Shown in pieces: positions 24,273 to 33,763 of a stretch of 52,999 nt of DNA (the first letter of the stretch is position 1; each line of letters opens with the position of its first letter). Under the pieces are notes generated by a model that saw only the letters and a list, made by a program, of their open reading frames with translations, had not been told where the DNA came from and made no database searches. The stretch comes from a virus (lineage: Duplodnaviria > Caudoviricetes): the IMG/VR virus record IMGVR_UViG_3300025127_000052, positions 1-52,999 of that record; one strand, given 5' to 3'. Position numbers and translations under genes: made by a program.

Positions 24273-27269
24273 TTAATCTTCGAAAGATGCTCCGCTGTTG
24301 GTGATTATGAAGTCGATTGCGAAGAACTCAACTGAACGAGTTGGCTTCACGAACAACTTAGCATAAATAATGTTGCGATCGATAAGATCTGGTGTTGTTG
24401 TGCTTTCGTCCAAAATTAGACGGAAGTCATCAATACCAAACTCAGCTTTCACATCACGTAGTAGTGGCTCAGCCTGTCCAAGGAAGCTGTCCCAAGTTGC
24501 CTGAGCGTTAGGTGCGAAAAGAAGCCTTGAGGCGATGAAGGAAATTTCACGCTTCAAGAAAATCATTAGGCGACGAACATTAATGCGGTCCAAAGCACTA
24601 GCAGTTTGCTGTAGTGTCTTCTGTCCAAAGATCACAATACCCTCTGCTGGGAACTTGGCGATTGGATTAATATTGTTTTCGTACAATGTGTCTCGCTGAT
24701 CAGAGGTGAGCTTGCGAGATACATCAAGCACAGGAACGCCGGCAGCGCCCTCACTTAATCCGCCACGAGTAAACCCAGCAGGAGCGAACCATGGTGCCTG
24801 TAGTCTATCTGTGTTAGACAAGACACCCAAAGCAGCTACCGATGGAGGTGCCCACAAGGTTTGATTATTGTTAGTATCCAAGATGCGGACCCAAGGGAAG
24901 TATGTAGCGCCGTAGCTATTGTTAATGCTTCGAGCAGCTAGAGCGTTAGCAGCAGCGGTTGGGGTGTTCCCTTCGTTGCGACTCTCAGTACTACCCTTTC
25001 CTTCAGCAGAAGGTGTGTAGACATTAGGAATGTCAATAAGGGCTAACGTATCAGCACGATCTTCGGCAGTTTCGAGTAGGTAGTTTGTTACTGCCTCTTC
25101 GGTAATCCCTGGGATTGTTATAGCATTCATTTCTACATCGTCAGGACTAGAAACAATATTAATAGCCTTACGAAGAGTGAAAAGCTCGTAAGAGTTCAAC
25201 TCGCTAATGTTATTAATAGCTCTCATCTTGCTATTTCTGAATGGATCTCTTTCTGTAATATCTAGACCATCTGTACCACCGAAAAGAACAGTAGTGAATC
25301 GATCTAAACCACCGTCCAAACGATCGGCGAAGGAAGAGGTGAGCCTAGCAACACTCTTACCACTTCGACGGTTGCCAGAAGCGTAGGAGTATACGCCAGA
25401 AGAACCAGATAGATCATCAAGAGAGAATACCCAAGAGATCTCATAAGGCTGAGAGCCTGTGTATTCAGTTGTTTGGCCCGCAATATCTACACTTGTATCA
25501 GAAGGGTTTGTATTGATGCTTGAATAATCAAAGGTTCTAGCCCTTACAAGATCAGCAATCGAAGGATTGTAGAATGTATCTGTTTGCGAGCGTCCGGTCC
25601 AGGCTCCCCAGAATGTGTTCTTAAGAGACCTTGGACTTCCCCACGATCCACTGGAACGAAGAGGCACTCCTGGGAACCTGATGGAACCAGAGAAGTAATT
25701 CCCGTTAAGAGCCTTAAGAGAAAGTAGTGACTGCCCGCCTGCGGCGTGACCAGCCAAACCGTACTTAGCACTACCTGAACCATTCAACATGGTAAGACTG
25801 TTGCCATCAGCGGCTAGAGAATAAGTTCCAAAGTTACTGAACCCAGACGAACCACTTACCAAACTTACGTCACGGTATTTGATAGGACCATAGACACCGA
25901 ATGGAAGCCAACGGGTTTCACCAGCGCCGGCAGCAACATCGTCATTCATGACAACACGAACGTAGTTAGAGCGGTTTTCGAATTCACCGTACTCTACGTT
26001 GCGAAGCTCGCTTGTGCTGTAAACCTGGAACTTGTCGCCGATTCTCTTAGCGATATAGTCCTCGGAAGCTGGGTTAAGGTTGAGGTTGTCGAACCTTTCA
26101 ACTATCTGAATTCGGTTATCGGTGTCGTCGATGGCACGAATCAATACCGAGAAGGAACCATAGCTCTGATAGTCACCTGTGGCAGCTTTAATGTTAGAGA
26201 TAGATATTTTTATTTCTCTCTGTGCCCATTCACCAGCAGTAATCGCCTCTAGACGGAATAGCTGCTGCTGGTTGCTAGCATAGTAAGAGCCTGTAGCATT
26301 TGAAAGGTCCTGAGAAATGAACCACCCTGTGGTGCCTGCAGTAGCGGCACCATTCCAGTTATTCTGTTGTTTAGAGTCATCACCATTGACTGCCATTGGT
26401 AGAATAGCAGCATGGAAGGAAGAACTAGACCCACCCTGAAGCAACCCAAGCTGATTAGCGTTCGTTTTGAATAGGCGGGACTGATACTCAAAGGTCTCAC
26501 CTGTCCAGTATCCACCACCCTGATAATAAGCCTGAGTAGCGTCCGAAGTAATCTCATTATTTGTGATAGTAGGATTGGTATTGAGGGCCTTACGGATAAA
26601 GTTGGGACTATCTGGATCAAGACTGATTTTTACTTCCTCAAAAGGAGCAGCACCAGTAGAACTAAACAAGAGTCGAATATCAGTAAGATCACTCAAAGCT
26701 CGTAGGGTACTACCGTTAGCACCGCCGCCAACAGCACTGGCAAGTGAAGAGGATAGCAAAACTCGACCACTCTCTAGGTAGAACTGAGCAGCTACGGCAC
26801 CAGTTACTGGAGCACCAACTCCAGTCACAAGCGATCCCGAAGGAAATATGACAAGAGCGAAGACACCACCATTAGCGTCAGTGTCACTAGCGTCATTAAC
26901 AGCCCAACCAGCCTTGCCAGTTGACAAAGTAGCAGAAGTGTCATTATCGCCCAAGAGGCGGAGGAAAGTACAAGGAGAATTATTTCTCAACCAAGCTTTC
27001 GCAGCATAGGGGGCGTAGGTTGGTGCAGTGTTGTTTCCATCACGCCAAGCGTCGCCGCCCTCATTACCGGCAACTGGGTCGCCGAAGGTTTGAACAAAGT
27101 CAGAAAAAGATTCGACTCTTACAGGTTTATTGGCAGGACCCTTGCGAGAGCGACCAATGACCACAGGTCCAATCTCTGTTGGGGTTGCTGGAAGTTGTGA
27201 TTGGTCGATCTCATCGACAAACACTCCTGGCGAAATGAACTTAAACTTTTTGGTGGAGTTGTCAGCCAT
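24273..27269 (-). CDS. tail sheath protein (T4 gp18-like) with large insertions
   Basis: SPGVFVDEIDQS, PWFAPAGFTRG, LYENNINPIA, FGQKTLQ and LDRINVRRL. Confidence 0.93.
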   Translation of the reverse strand: MADNSTKKFKFISPGVFVDEIDQSQLPATPTEIGPVVIGRSRKGPANKPVRVESFSDFVQTFGDPVAGNEGGDAWRDGNNTAPTYAPYAAKAWLRNNSPCTFLRLLGDNDTSATLSTGKAGWAVNDASDTDANGGVFALVIFPSGSLVTGVGAPVTGAVAAQFYLESGRVLLSSSLASAVGGGANGSTLRALSDLTDIRLLFSSTGAAPFEEVKISLDPDSPNFIRKALNTNPTITNNEITSDATQAYYQGGGYWTGETFEYQSRLFKTNANQLGLLQGGSSSSFHAAILPMAVNGDDSKQQNNWNGAATAGTTGWFISQDLSNATGSYYASNQQQLFRLEAITAGEWAQREIKISISNIKAATGDYQSYGSFSVLIRAIDDTDNRIQIVERFDNLNLNPASEDYIAKRIGDKFQVYSTSELRNVEYGEFENRSNYVRVVMNDDVAAGAGETRWLPFGVYGPIKYRDVSLVSGSSGFSNFGTYSLAADGNSLTMLNGSGSAKYGLAGHAAGGQSLLSLKALNGNYFSGSIRFPGVPLRSSGSWGSPRSLKNTFWGAWTGRSQTDTFYNPSIADLVRARTFDYSSINTNPSDTSVDIAGQTTEYTGSQPYEISWVFSLDDLSGSSGVYSYASGNRRSGKSVARLTSSFADRLDGGLDRFTTVLFGGTDGLDITERDPFRNSKMRAINNISELNSYELFTLRKAINIVSSPDDVEMNAITIPGITEEAVTNYLLETAEDRADTLALIDIPNVYTPSAEGKGSTESRNEGNTPTAAANALAARSINNSYGATYFPWVRILDTNNNQTLWAPPSVAALGVLSNTDRLQAPWFAPAGFTRGGLSEGAAGVPVLDVSRKLTSDQRDTLYENNINPIAKFPAEGIVIFGQKTLQQTASALDRINVRRLMIFLKREISFIASRLLFAPNAQATWDSFLGQAEPLLRDVKAEFGIDDFRLILDESTTTPDLIDRNIIYAKLFVKPTRSVEFFAIDFIITNSGASFED

Positions 27270-27336
27270 CGAAATGTATTCTCCTCGGTTTTATGCGTAT
27301 AGTATGGTATCTAACAATTTACACTAAATACCAATA

Positions 27337-27345
27337 ATAAATAGT
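27337..27345 (-). promoter_or_regulatory. candidate late-promoter motif ACTATTTAT
   Basis: Intergenic, upstream of the sheath gene. Confidence 0.6.
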
Positions 27346-27372
27346 AGGGCACTGTTCCAAACGCCAGGTTGA

Positions 27373-28236
27373 TTATCTTCTGTATTTATCTTTTCTGCCC
27401 GCATGGAACTCAGGCTCGTCACCAAGCACTACCCTTTCCCTGCCAATTGTAACCTCGGCGGCAGACTCACGAATTGTTACCGTAGGAACTTTGTCGTTTT
27501 TATTCGCCCCAATAATATAACCTAGAACTGTAATATTGGTGCTACTTTTGAAAATTCTTTCTTCTAAACCAAGACCGCTATTGTTGCCCTCATTAGTAAA
27601 TGTTTCGTCACCAAAGGCCTCATAAGTGTGCCCGTTGTGCTTAATGTTAAAAGCAACAGGAGTAGACAAGTTGCCCATAAACGCTTCAAGCATCTGGTTC
27701 ATCTGACTTTGGTATTCAGCGATAAGCTTTACTTCGTATGATACTTCTACATACGTAGGCTGTGGAACGTAGAGGGTATCATATACAATCTTTTCATTGT
27801 CAAATGGAAAATTTGTTTGATTAAATCTTTTCTTTGCCGTAAGATTAGCTCTTTCTCGGGTCTTCTCTTGGTTGACTCGGCGAGCAATAGGTATAGATCC
27901 GCCCTTTTTGTAGAAGCCATAGTAAGGAGGAATGTATACTCCGTACTTACCTTTGTTAGATGGATTATTTACCACCGTGCCACGCACAATAGAAATCATG
28001 GGATACTCTAATGTCCTGCCGTTGGGTCGTAATTCAGGGTTGTCTTTTATTTGAAAAGATCTTTCGGGTGACGCAAAGATGACAGGTACTTTGTGGAAGC
28101 CTTCATTTGTGTCGCAGAAGATATTTAGATCGTCGTTTAGGAAGTTAAAAAACGCCGTATCGACGTCCTCCAAGGTAGAGGGATTAAATCCGTACATTGC
28201 CTTCAAATTTTGATTTAACTCGGTACGTTTTGGCAT
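27373..28236 (-). CDS. tail terminator / sheath stabiliser (T4 gp15-like)
   Basis: KVPVIFASPER, YPMISIVR, P.YVEVSYE and QMNQMLE; sits between neck and sheath genes. Confidence 0.6.
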   Translation of the reverse strand: MPKRTELNQNLKAMYGFNPSTLEDVDTAFFNFLNDDLNIFCDTNEGFHKVPVIFASPERSFQIKDNPELRPNGRTLEYPMISIVRGTVVNNPSNKGKYGVYIPPYYGFYKKGGSIPIARRVNQEKTRERANLTAKKRFNQTNFPFDNEKIVYDTLYVPQPTYVEVSYEVKLIAEYQSQMNQMLEAFMGNLSTPVAFNIKHNGHTYEAFGDETFTNEGNNSGLGLEERIFKSSTNITVLGYIIGANKNDKVPTVTIRESAAEVTIGRERVVLGDEPEFHAGRKDKYRR

Positions 28237-28247
28237 AGCTTAATTCC

Positions 28248-28772
28248 CTACATCTTTTTTCCTGGATTGAACAAACCTTTTCTTGCTTGAATACATGAGG
28301 CTTGGACCGAGAGAGCCTTTCCATCAGCGAAGCCTGAATCTTGTCCGAAGAGGAAGCGTGCTTCTTCGAAAACATCTACAATCTCAAAATACATCATATC
28401 GTACTGAACAAAGTCTCCGGGTCTAACAAATAAATCCTGGTCTTCTACTAGACGCCGCTTGTGGAAATTAATTTTAATTTTAAAAATACTATCAAAACCA
28501 AACGCCTCTTGTGTTCTTTCAGAACCTTCATAGTCAATCAAGGAATAAACTCTTATTGGGGGTAGGAATGTCTTCTCGATTGCTTCACCATAAAGATTGT
28601 AACGAGTTAGCTCATGATCAATGGGGAAATAAAGAACCTGTTGTCCCACAACACGCTCAATGACCTCATCATTAATTTGCTTTACAAAGTCTCTCTCTGC
28701 TCTCCCTACAAATAAAGGCGGAGGGGGATTAGTAGGTTGTGTCCATCTGTTGATGCGAGGGTCGTTTGCCAT
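28248..28772 (-). CDS. neck / head closure protein (T4 gp14-like)
   Basis: GQQVLYFPI, NLYGEA and RPGDFV...FEI. Confidence 0.7.
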   Translation of the reverse strand: MANDPRINRWTQPTNPPPPLFVGRAERDFVKQINDEVIERVVGQQVLYFPIDHELTRYNLYGEAIEKTFLPPIRVYSLIDYEGSERTQEAFGFDSIFKIKINFHKRRLVEDQDLFVRPGDFVQYDMMYFEIVDVFEEARFLFGQDSGFADGKALSVQASCIQARKGLFNPGKKM

Positions 28773-28776
28773 CTAC

Positions 28777-30033
28777 TTAACCCACATAGATGCCCATTGG
28801 GATTTTCCCAACGACTTCTTGAAGATTATTCATCAACTGAGCATCACCCTCGGCAAGAGCGCCATACGCCATTTCATCAAGCACCGTCTTTAACTCATCT
28901 CTGAGAGCGTTTTGTTCTTCCTTTGCTTCGGAAACCAAAGCAGGACCGTTAAGGGTCACCTCGTTCCCAGGAATAGGAATAGAAGCAAGCTTAGATCTTA
29001 CTTGTCCCAGTGTTTCTTTTGCCAATGAAAGGGCAAAGCGTCGGATCCACTGTTTACCAATACTATTAATGTGTTTGTAGGGTACATTAGGGAATGGCAA
29101 CGTGTTCATGTTGTTAACACCGTCAGCCCCATACTTACGATCAGCTTCCTCAAAGAAAGCATCTTCTGAGACTCTGAAATCTACCCAAAACTTGTCGGGA
29201 TTGCTTCCGTTAGGAGTAGGAAAGATTCTTAATTTATTATTATTGATTCGGAAAGAGTAGTGTGAAGCTCTTACATTCAAGTCTTCCTCGAAAGCATATG
29301 CCTGAAGGACATTCTGCCAAGCCGGCACAAGCTGGAACTGGCTATCATCGGCATACATGCCATAAGTGGACAAGTTGCCGACAGCACCAATCGCATATCC
29401 ACCAAAGAAATTCCACATACTCTGAGGAGTCTTATAATAAACTCTCTGAATAGTGATAGCGCTTTTGCCAACGCTATTACTAAAAGGAGCGCCGGCGACC
29501 AATGAAGCGCTGAAAATAATATCTTGAAGGTCATAATCCTGAACATCTTGGACAGCATTAAAAGAGGCTGAATAGATAGTCTGCGATGCTCCGATACCAG
29601 CGTGTAAACTTACTCCTCTTCCGACATGAGTAGCATATCCTAACTGAAAGCGAGGAAATTTAAGATTAGGTTTAGTATTGAGTCCGCCAGAGCCAGAATA
29701 CTCAGTAAACTCACCGTCCTGATCGAAAGAGCCTGTAGTGTTGCCGAGCATGTCGGATAAAACATTTTTAGCTTGGTGAGTGTTTAGAAGATAGGAGTAT
29801 TCTAGGCACGCCTCTTCATAAGCATTATATACAATAGCAGGCGTGATTTCTAAATCTAATACTCTCCCGCCAAGCTTGTTGAAGGTATAAGCCACCTGAT
29901 CCACAGCACCGCTGATGAAGGCGCTTGTAGTGTAAATCCCATAAGATAAGGAATCTGTAACGTCCGAAGCAGTGCCAGTAGCAGGCAAGACTACGGCACT
30001 AACTGTACTTAATGGTTGAAGGTTTGTGGGCAT
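28777..30033 (-). CDS. neck / adaptor protein (T4 gp13-like)
   Basis: KLGG..LDLEIT, WIRRFALSLAKETLGQVRSK and IPG..VTLNG. Confidence 0.8.
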   Translation of the reverse strand: MPTNLQPLSTVSAVVLPATGTASDVTDSLSYGIYTTSAFISGAVDQVAYTFNKLGGRVLDLEITPAIVYNAYEEACLEYSYLLNTHQAKNVLSDMLGNTTGSFDQDGEFTEYSGSGGLNTKPNLKFPRFQLGYATHVGRGVSLHAGIGASQTIYSASFNAVQDVQDYDLQDIIFSASLVAGAPFSNSVGKSAITIQRVYYKTPQSMWNFFGGYAIGAVGNLSTYGMYADDSQFQLVPAWQNVLQAYAFEEDLNVRASHYSFRINNNKLRIFPTPNGSNPDKFWVDFRVSEDAFFEEADRKYGADGVNNMNTLPFPNVPYKHINSIGKQWIRRFALSLAKETLGQVRSKLASIPIPGNEVTLNGPALVSEAKEEQNALRDELKTVLDEMAYGALAEGDAQLMNNLQEVVGKIPMGIYVG

Positions 30034-30053
30034 GTAAAATCCTCGCTTGTTGT

Positions 30054-30062
30054 ATAAATAGT
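30054..30062 (-). promoter_or_regulatory. candidate late-promoter motif ACTATTTAT
   Basis: About 21 nt upstream of the neck gene ATG. Confidence 0.6.
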
Positions 30063-30089
30063 TTTTCGGTTCCCTATTTCATCCCTAAA

Positions 30090-30122
30090 TAAGAAAACCC
30101 CGCCACTAGGACGGGGTTCTCT
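30090..30122 (-). terminator. terminator after capsid gene copy 2
   Basis: Stem AACCCCG/CGGGGTT followed on the minus strand by TTCTTA. Confidence 0.75.
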
Positions 30123-30150
30123 TAGGTTTATTCAACTCTTAGAGTTGTTT

Positions 30151-31902
30151 TTAGCCAGCTACGTCAGATACCATATCTGCGCAGACTACTAGTCCGTACA
30201 TGTCAGGACGTACCATCTTCTTGGCGTAGCGAGTCATGACTCCCTTACGAGGTACGAAGTCCTCGGTACCAAAAATGGTAGGTGTGACTTGTAGCGGGAC
30301 ATAAGGAGCATATACATAGCCGCTTTCTAGGAAGCTGCTGCCCTTACGACCTACTAGTAGTAGGTTACGTGGGAAGTAAGGATCGACATGAATGTCCATC
30401 TTACGACTAATAGAACCAACGTTATGAACGCCCCAAGAGCCGTCCCTATCATCGACTGCTACCGAAGCACGGAAGCCGCTGGTGAATTCAAGGATGTTGG
30501 CTACTTCTGGAGAGCAGACCAAAAAGTTAGCGCCACCACGTAGTGTCTTACGGTGAATACGAGCACTTACTTCATTGACAGTCTCAAGAAGAGTTTCATA
30601 CCACTCAGAGACAGTGCCGGTAAAATCTGGGTAGATTGTACCATCAACAGGAGCACCTGTCTCACGGTTTAAGAACTTACCTGGGCTACGAGACCAATAC
30701 AATGTACCAGCGGTAGCACCCTTGACGAGATCCTCAAGAATTTCCTGATCGATCTCAAGGGCAACTTGTTCGGATAAGATGCTTGTCAATTCAACTTCAG
30801 CGTCGAGGTTGTGATAAGCATTCAAGTCTTGAGCCAACTCAGGACTCCACTTAGCTTTGAGCTTCTTAGTCAAAGCTGTGACAGCCACGGAATCAACCTT
30901 GATGTCAATTTCTGGAATTTCTGTGTTGTTTTCAAGACCCCAGCCTTGTTCTACGTTACTACCGACGACAGAACCAATAGCCCCACCGTTAGCGAATTCA
31001 TCAGTTATAGGAAAGAATACTTTACTAATTCCCGCTAGAGCAGCGCTAAACTCATCTATGGTACCGCTACCAGCAGTTTGGACGAAAACCATTCGCAAAC
31101 GCTCTTCAACAGAACCAGAGAAGTCGGTCAAGCGACGGACTTGGTGAGCTACACCGCCTGAAGCATAGGTGTAAACACCTGGCTGGGCTGTGCCGCTTTG
31201 GGCTGTCATTGCCACAAAGTCATCAGTGTTAAGACCAGTTGGGATATTATGTCGGGCAACAGCATAGAAACTTGTACCAGAAACAAATACAGGATCAGCA
31301 CGCAAGACCTCAAACAAGTAACCACCTGGTCTTGTAGCGGCGTCACCATAGGTTCCGGAAACTTCAAGTGTAAGACCGTCAGTAGTAGAACTCGTTGGAC
31401 TAGCGTAACCGTTGTTCAAGGTGTAAGCTGAAAGCTGACCGTCATTGCCAGCCAAGCTGACGCCACCTGTCAACTGAGCGCCGACAACGCCACCACCATA
31501 TACTGAAGTATCTGGAGACTGTGCGAGGCGAGCAAGGCTACCACCTGCGGTACTCATCCCACTATCACCCGAAAAGGTGAAATCTAGGAAGAAGATTAGA
31601 CCCGAAGGGAGGCTCATGGGTTGAACGGATACAAGATCCTGAGCCAATAGCTGACCGAATACACGGCGAACGATTGGGAAAGCAACTGCGGAAAAACCTT
31701 CTACGTCGCCACCAGACATTGTGCTGGTTTCTTTGAGGAGTTGGGCTGCCTGATTCTCTAGAAGACGAGCCATATTGGAACGGCCGCTATCATCAAGACC
31801 TTCTAGAAGACCTGTTTTTTGCCACTTCTCAAGAAGGGCTTCACCCTCGTTAGCTAGCGAGCGAGATTTAATTCCTTCTGTTAATGTGTTTAATACAGAC
31901 AT
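30151..31902 (-). CDS. major capsid protein, copy 2 (T4 gp23-like)
   Basis: FPIVRRVF, VSVQPMSLPSGLIFFLDF, KLKAKWSPELAQDLNAYH, YAPYVPL and PRKGVMTRYA. Confidence 0.95.
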   Translation of the reverse strand: MSVLNTLTEGIKSRSLANEGEALLEKWQKTGLLEGLDDSGRSNMARLLENQAAQLLKETSTMSGGDVEGFSAVAFPIVRRVFGQLLAQDLVSVQPMSLPSGLIFFLDFTFSGDSGMSTAGGSLARLAQSPDTSVYGGGVVGAQLTGGVSLAGNDGQLSAYTLNNGYASPTSSTTDGLTLEVSGTYGDAATRPGGYLFEVLRADPVFVSGTSFYAVARHNIPTGLNTDDFVAMTAQSGTAQPGVYTYASGGVAHQVRRLTDFSGSVEERLRMVFVQTAGSGTIDEFSAALAGISKVFFPITDEFANGGAIGSVVGSNVEQGWGLENNTEIPEIDIKVDSVAVTALTKKLKAKWSPELAQDLNAYHNLDAEVELTSILSEQVALEIDQEILEDLVKGATAGTLYWSRSPGKFLNRETGAPVDGTIYPDFTGTVSEWYETLLETVNEVSARIHRKTLRGGANFLVCSPEVANILEFTSGFRASVAVDDRDGSWGVHNVGSISRKMDIHVDPYFPRNLLLVGRKGSSFLESGYVYAPYVPLQVTPTIFGTEDFVPRKGVMTRYAKKMVRPDMYGLVVCADMVSDVAG

Positions 31903-31932
31903 TTTTTATTCTCCTTTGAATTATTTGTCTTT
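31894..31932. repeat. 39-bp direct repeat (RBS plus the scaffold gene's last codons), identical to 33725..33763
   Basis: tacagacattttttattctcctttgaattatttgtcttt occurs at both capsid gene starts. Confidence 0.95.
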
Positions 31933-31942
31933 AATTTATGAT

Positions 31943-31976
31943 AAAAGAAAGCCCCGCCACGAAGGACGGGGCTTTC
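31943..31976 (-). terminator. terminator between the two capsid genes
   Basis: Stem AAAGCCCCG/CGGGGCTTT followed by CTTTT on the minus strand. Confidence 0.8.
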
Positions 31977-32005
31977 CGTAGTTATCCTAAGCTACTGGGA
32001 TTGAA

Positions 32006-33733
32006 TTAACCAGCGACATCGGATACCATATCTGCGCAGACTACTAGTCCGTACATGTCAGGACGTACCATCTTCTTGGCGTAGCGAGTCATGACTCCCT
32101 TACGAGGTACGAAGTCCTCGGTACCAAAAATGGTAGGTGTGACTTGTAGTGGGACATAAGGAGCGTAGACATATCCACTTTCGAGGAAGCTAGCACCCTT
32201 GCGACCTACTAGTAGCAAGTTACGTGGGAAGTAAGGATCGACGTGAATGTCCATCTTACGACTAATGGAACCTACATTCATGACGCCCCAAGAGCCATCC
32301 TTGTCGTCTACAGCGACGGAAGCACGGAAACCGGAGGTGAATTCAAGAATGTTAGCTACTTCTGGGGAGCAAACTAGGAAGTTAGCACCACCACGTAGTG
32401 TCTTACGGTGAATACGAGCACTTACTTCGTTGACAGTTTCAAGAAGTGTTTCATACCATTCGGAGACAGTACCTGTGAAGTCAGGGTAGTTTACACCAGC
32501 AACAGGAGCACCTGTTTCACGGTTGAGGAACTTACCTGGGCTACGTGACCAGTAAAGCTTACCAGCAGTAGCACCCTTAACAAGGTCTTCAAGGATCTCT
32601 TGATCGATTTCAAGAGCAACCTGCTCGGACAAGATGCTTGTCAACTCAACTTCAGCGTCGAGGTTGTGATAAGCATTCAAATCTTGAGCTAGTTCTGGTG
32701 ACCACTTAGCTTTGAGCTTCTTGGTCAACGCTGTAACAGCCACGGAATCGACCTTGATGTCAATTTCTGGGATAGCTGCGTTGTTCTCAAGACCCCAAGG
32801 GGTAGCACCTACGACAGAGCCGATAGAACTGCCCTGATTGAAGACGTCCACGATTGGGAATGTGAGACCAGTTGTAACTTCTACAGAAGCACTCAACTGA
32901 TCAGGGGTTGCTGTGGAAGCAAAGACCATGTTAAGTGTTGTTTCGCTAGAACCAGAGAAGTCGGTCAAGCGACGTACTTGGAAACCATCTTTGACCAAAC
33001 CACCAGCAGCAGTACCACTGAGGACAGTCATAGCAACTAGATCGTCCATGTTTTGGTTTGTTTGTTTCTCCAGGGTACCAACAAGATATGTTGTTGTACC
33101 AGAGATGAAAGATGGATCAGCACGCAAAATGGTGAACAAAGATCCGCCTGGGCGGGTTTGAGTATCACCATATGTACCAGAAGCCTGAATTGTAACTACG
33201 CCACCAGCAACTGTTACTGATGCTGTTGGACTAGCGTAACCGTTGTTCAAGGTGTAAGCTGAAAGCTGACCATTGTTGTCAGCCAAATCAATACCACCTG
33301 TGATTTGAGCACCGACTTTGCCACCACCGTAAAGTGAGGTACCAAGACGCTGAGCAAGACGGTCACCGTTGGCGTTGGCGCCGTTGTTACCGTTTTCAGA
33401 ACCAAAGGTGAAATCTAGGAAGAAGATTAGACCGCTTGGTAGGGACATTGGTTGAACGGATACAAGATCCTGAGCCAATAGTTGACCGAATACACGGCGA
33501 ACGATTGGGAAAGCAACTGCGGAGAAGCCTTCGACATCTCCACCAGACATTGTGCTGGTTTCTTTTAGAAGCTGAGCAGCTTGGTTTTCTAGAAGACGAG
33601 CCATGTTAGAACGACCGTTGTCGTCAAGACCCTCTAGAAGACCTGTACGCTCCCACTTCTCTAGTAGAGCTTCACCTTCATTGGCAAGAGAGCGTGCTCT
33701 AATACCTTCGGTGAGTTGGTTAAGTACAGACAT
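32006..33733 (-). CDS. major capsid protein, copy 1 (T4 gp23-like)
   Basis: Same gp23 motifs as copy 2; directly follows the scaffold gene. Confidence 0.95.
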   Translation of the reverse strand: MSVLNQLTEGIRARSLANEGEALLEKWERTGLLEGLDDNGRSNMARLLENQAAQLLKETSTMSGGDVEGFSAVAFPIVRRVFGQLLAQDLVSVQPMSLPSGLIFFLDFTFGSENGNNGANANGDRLAQRLGTSLYGGGKVGAQITGGIDLADNNGQLSAYTLNNGYASPTASVTVAGGVVTIQASGTYGDTQTRPGGSLFTILRADPSFISGTTTYLVGTLEKQTNQNMDDLVAMTVLSGTAAGGLVKDGFQVRRLTDFSGSSETTLNMVFASTATPDQLSASVEVTTGLTFPIVDVFNQGSSIGSVVGATPWGLENNAAIPEIDIKVDSVAVTALTKKLKAKWSPELAQDLNAYHNLDAEVELTSILSEQVALEIDQEILEDLVKGATAGKLYWSRSPGKFLNRETGAPVAGVNYPDFTGTVSEWYETLLETVNEVSARIHRKTLRGGANFLVCSPEVANILEFTSGFRASVAVDDKDGSWGVMNVGSISRKMDIHVDPYFPRNLLLVGRKGASFLESGYVYAPYVPLQVTPTIFGTEDFVPRKGVMTRYAKKMVRPDMYGLVVCADMVSDVAG

Positions 33734-33763
33734 TTTTTATTCTCCTTTGAATTATTTGTCTTT
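33725..33763. repeat. 39-bp direct repeat, identical to 31894..31932
   Basis: Direct comparison. Confidence 0.95.

Noticed and set aside
30151-33733. Capsid pair as a diversity-generating retroelement template/variable repeat
   Set aside because: Differences are not adenine-specific, include indels, and no reverse transcriptase is present in the window
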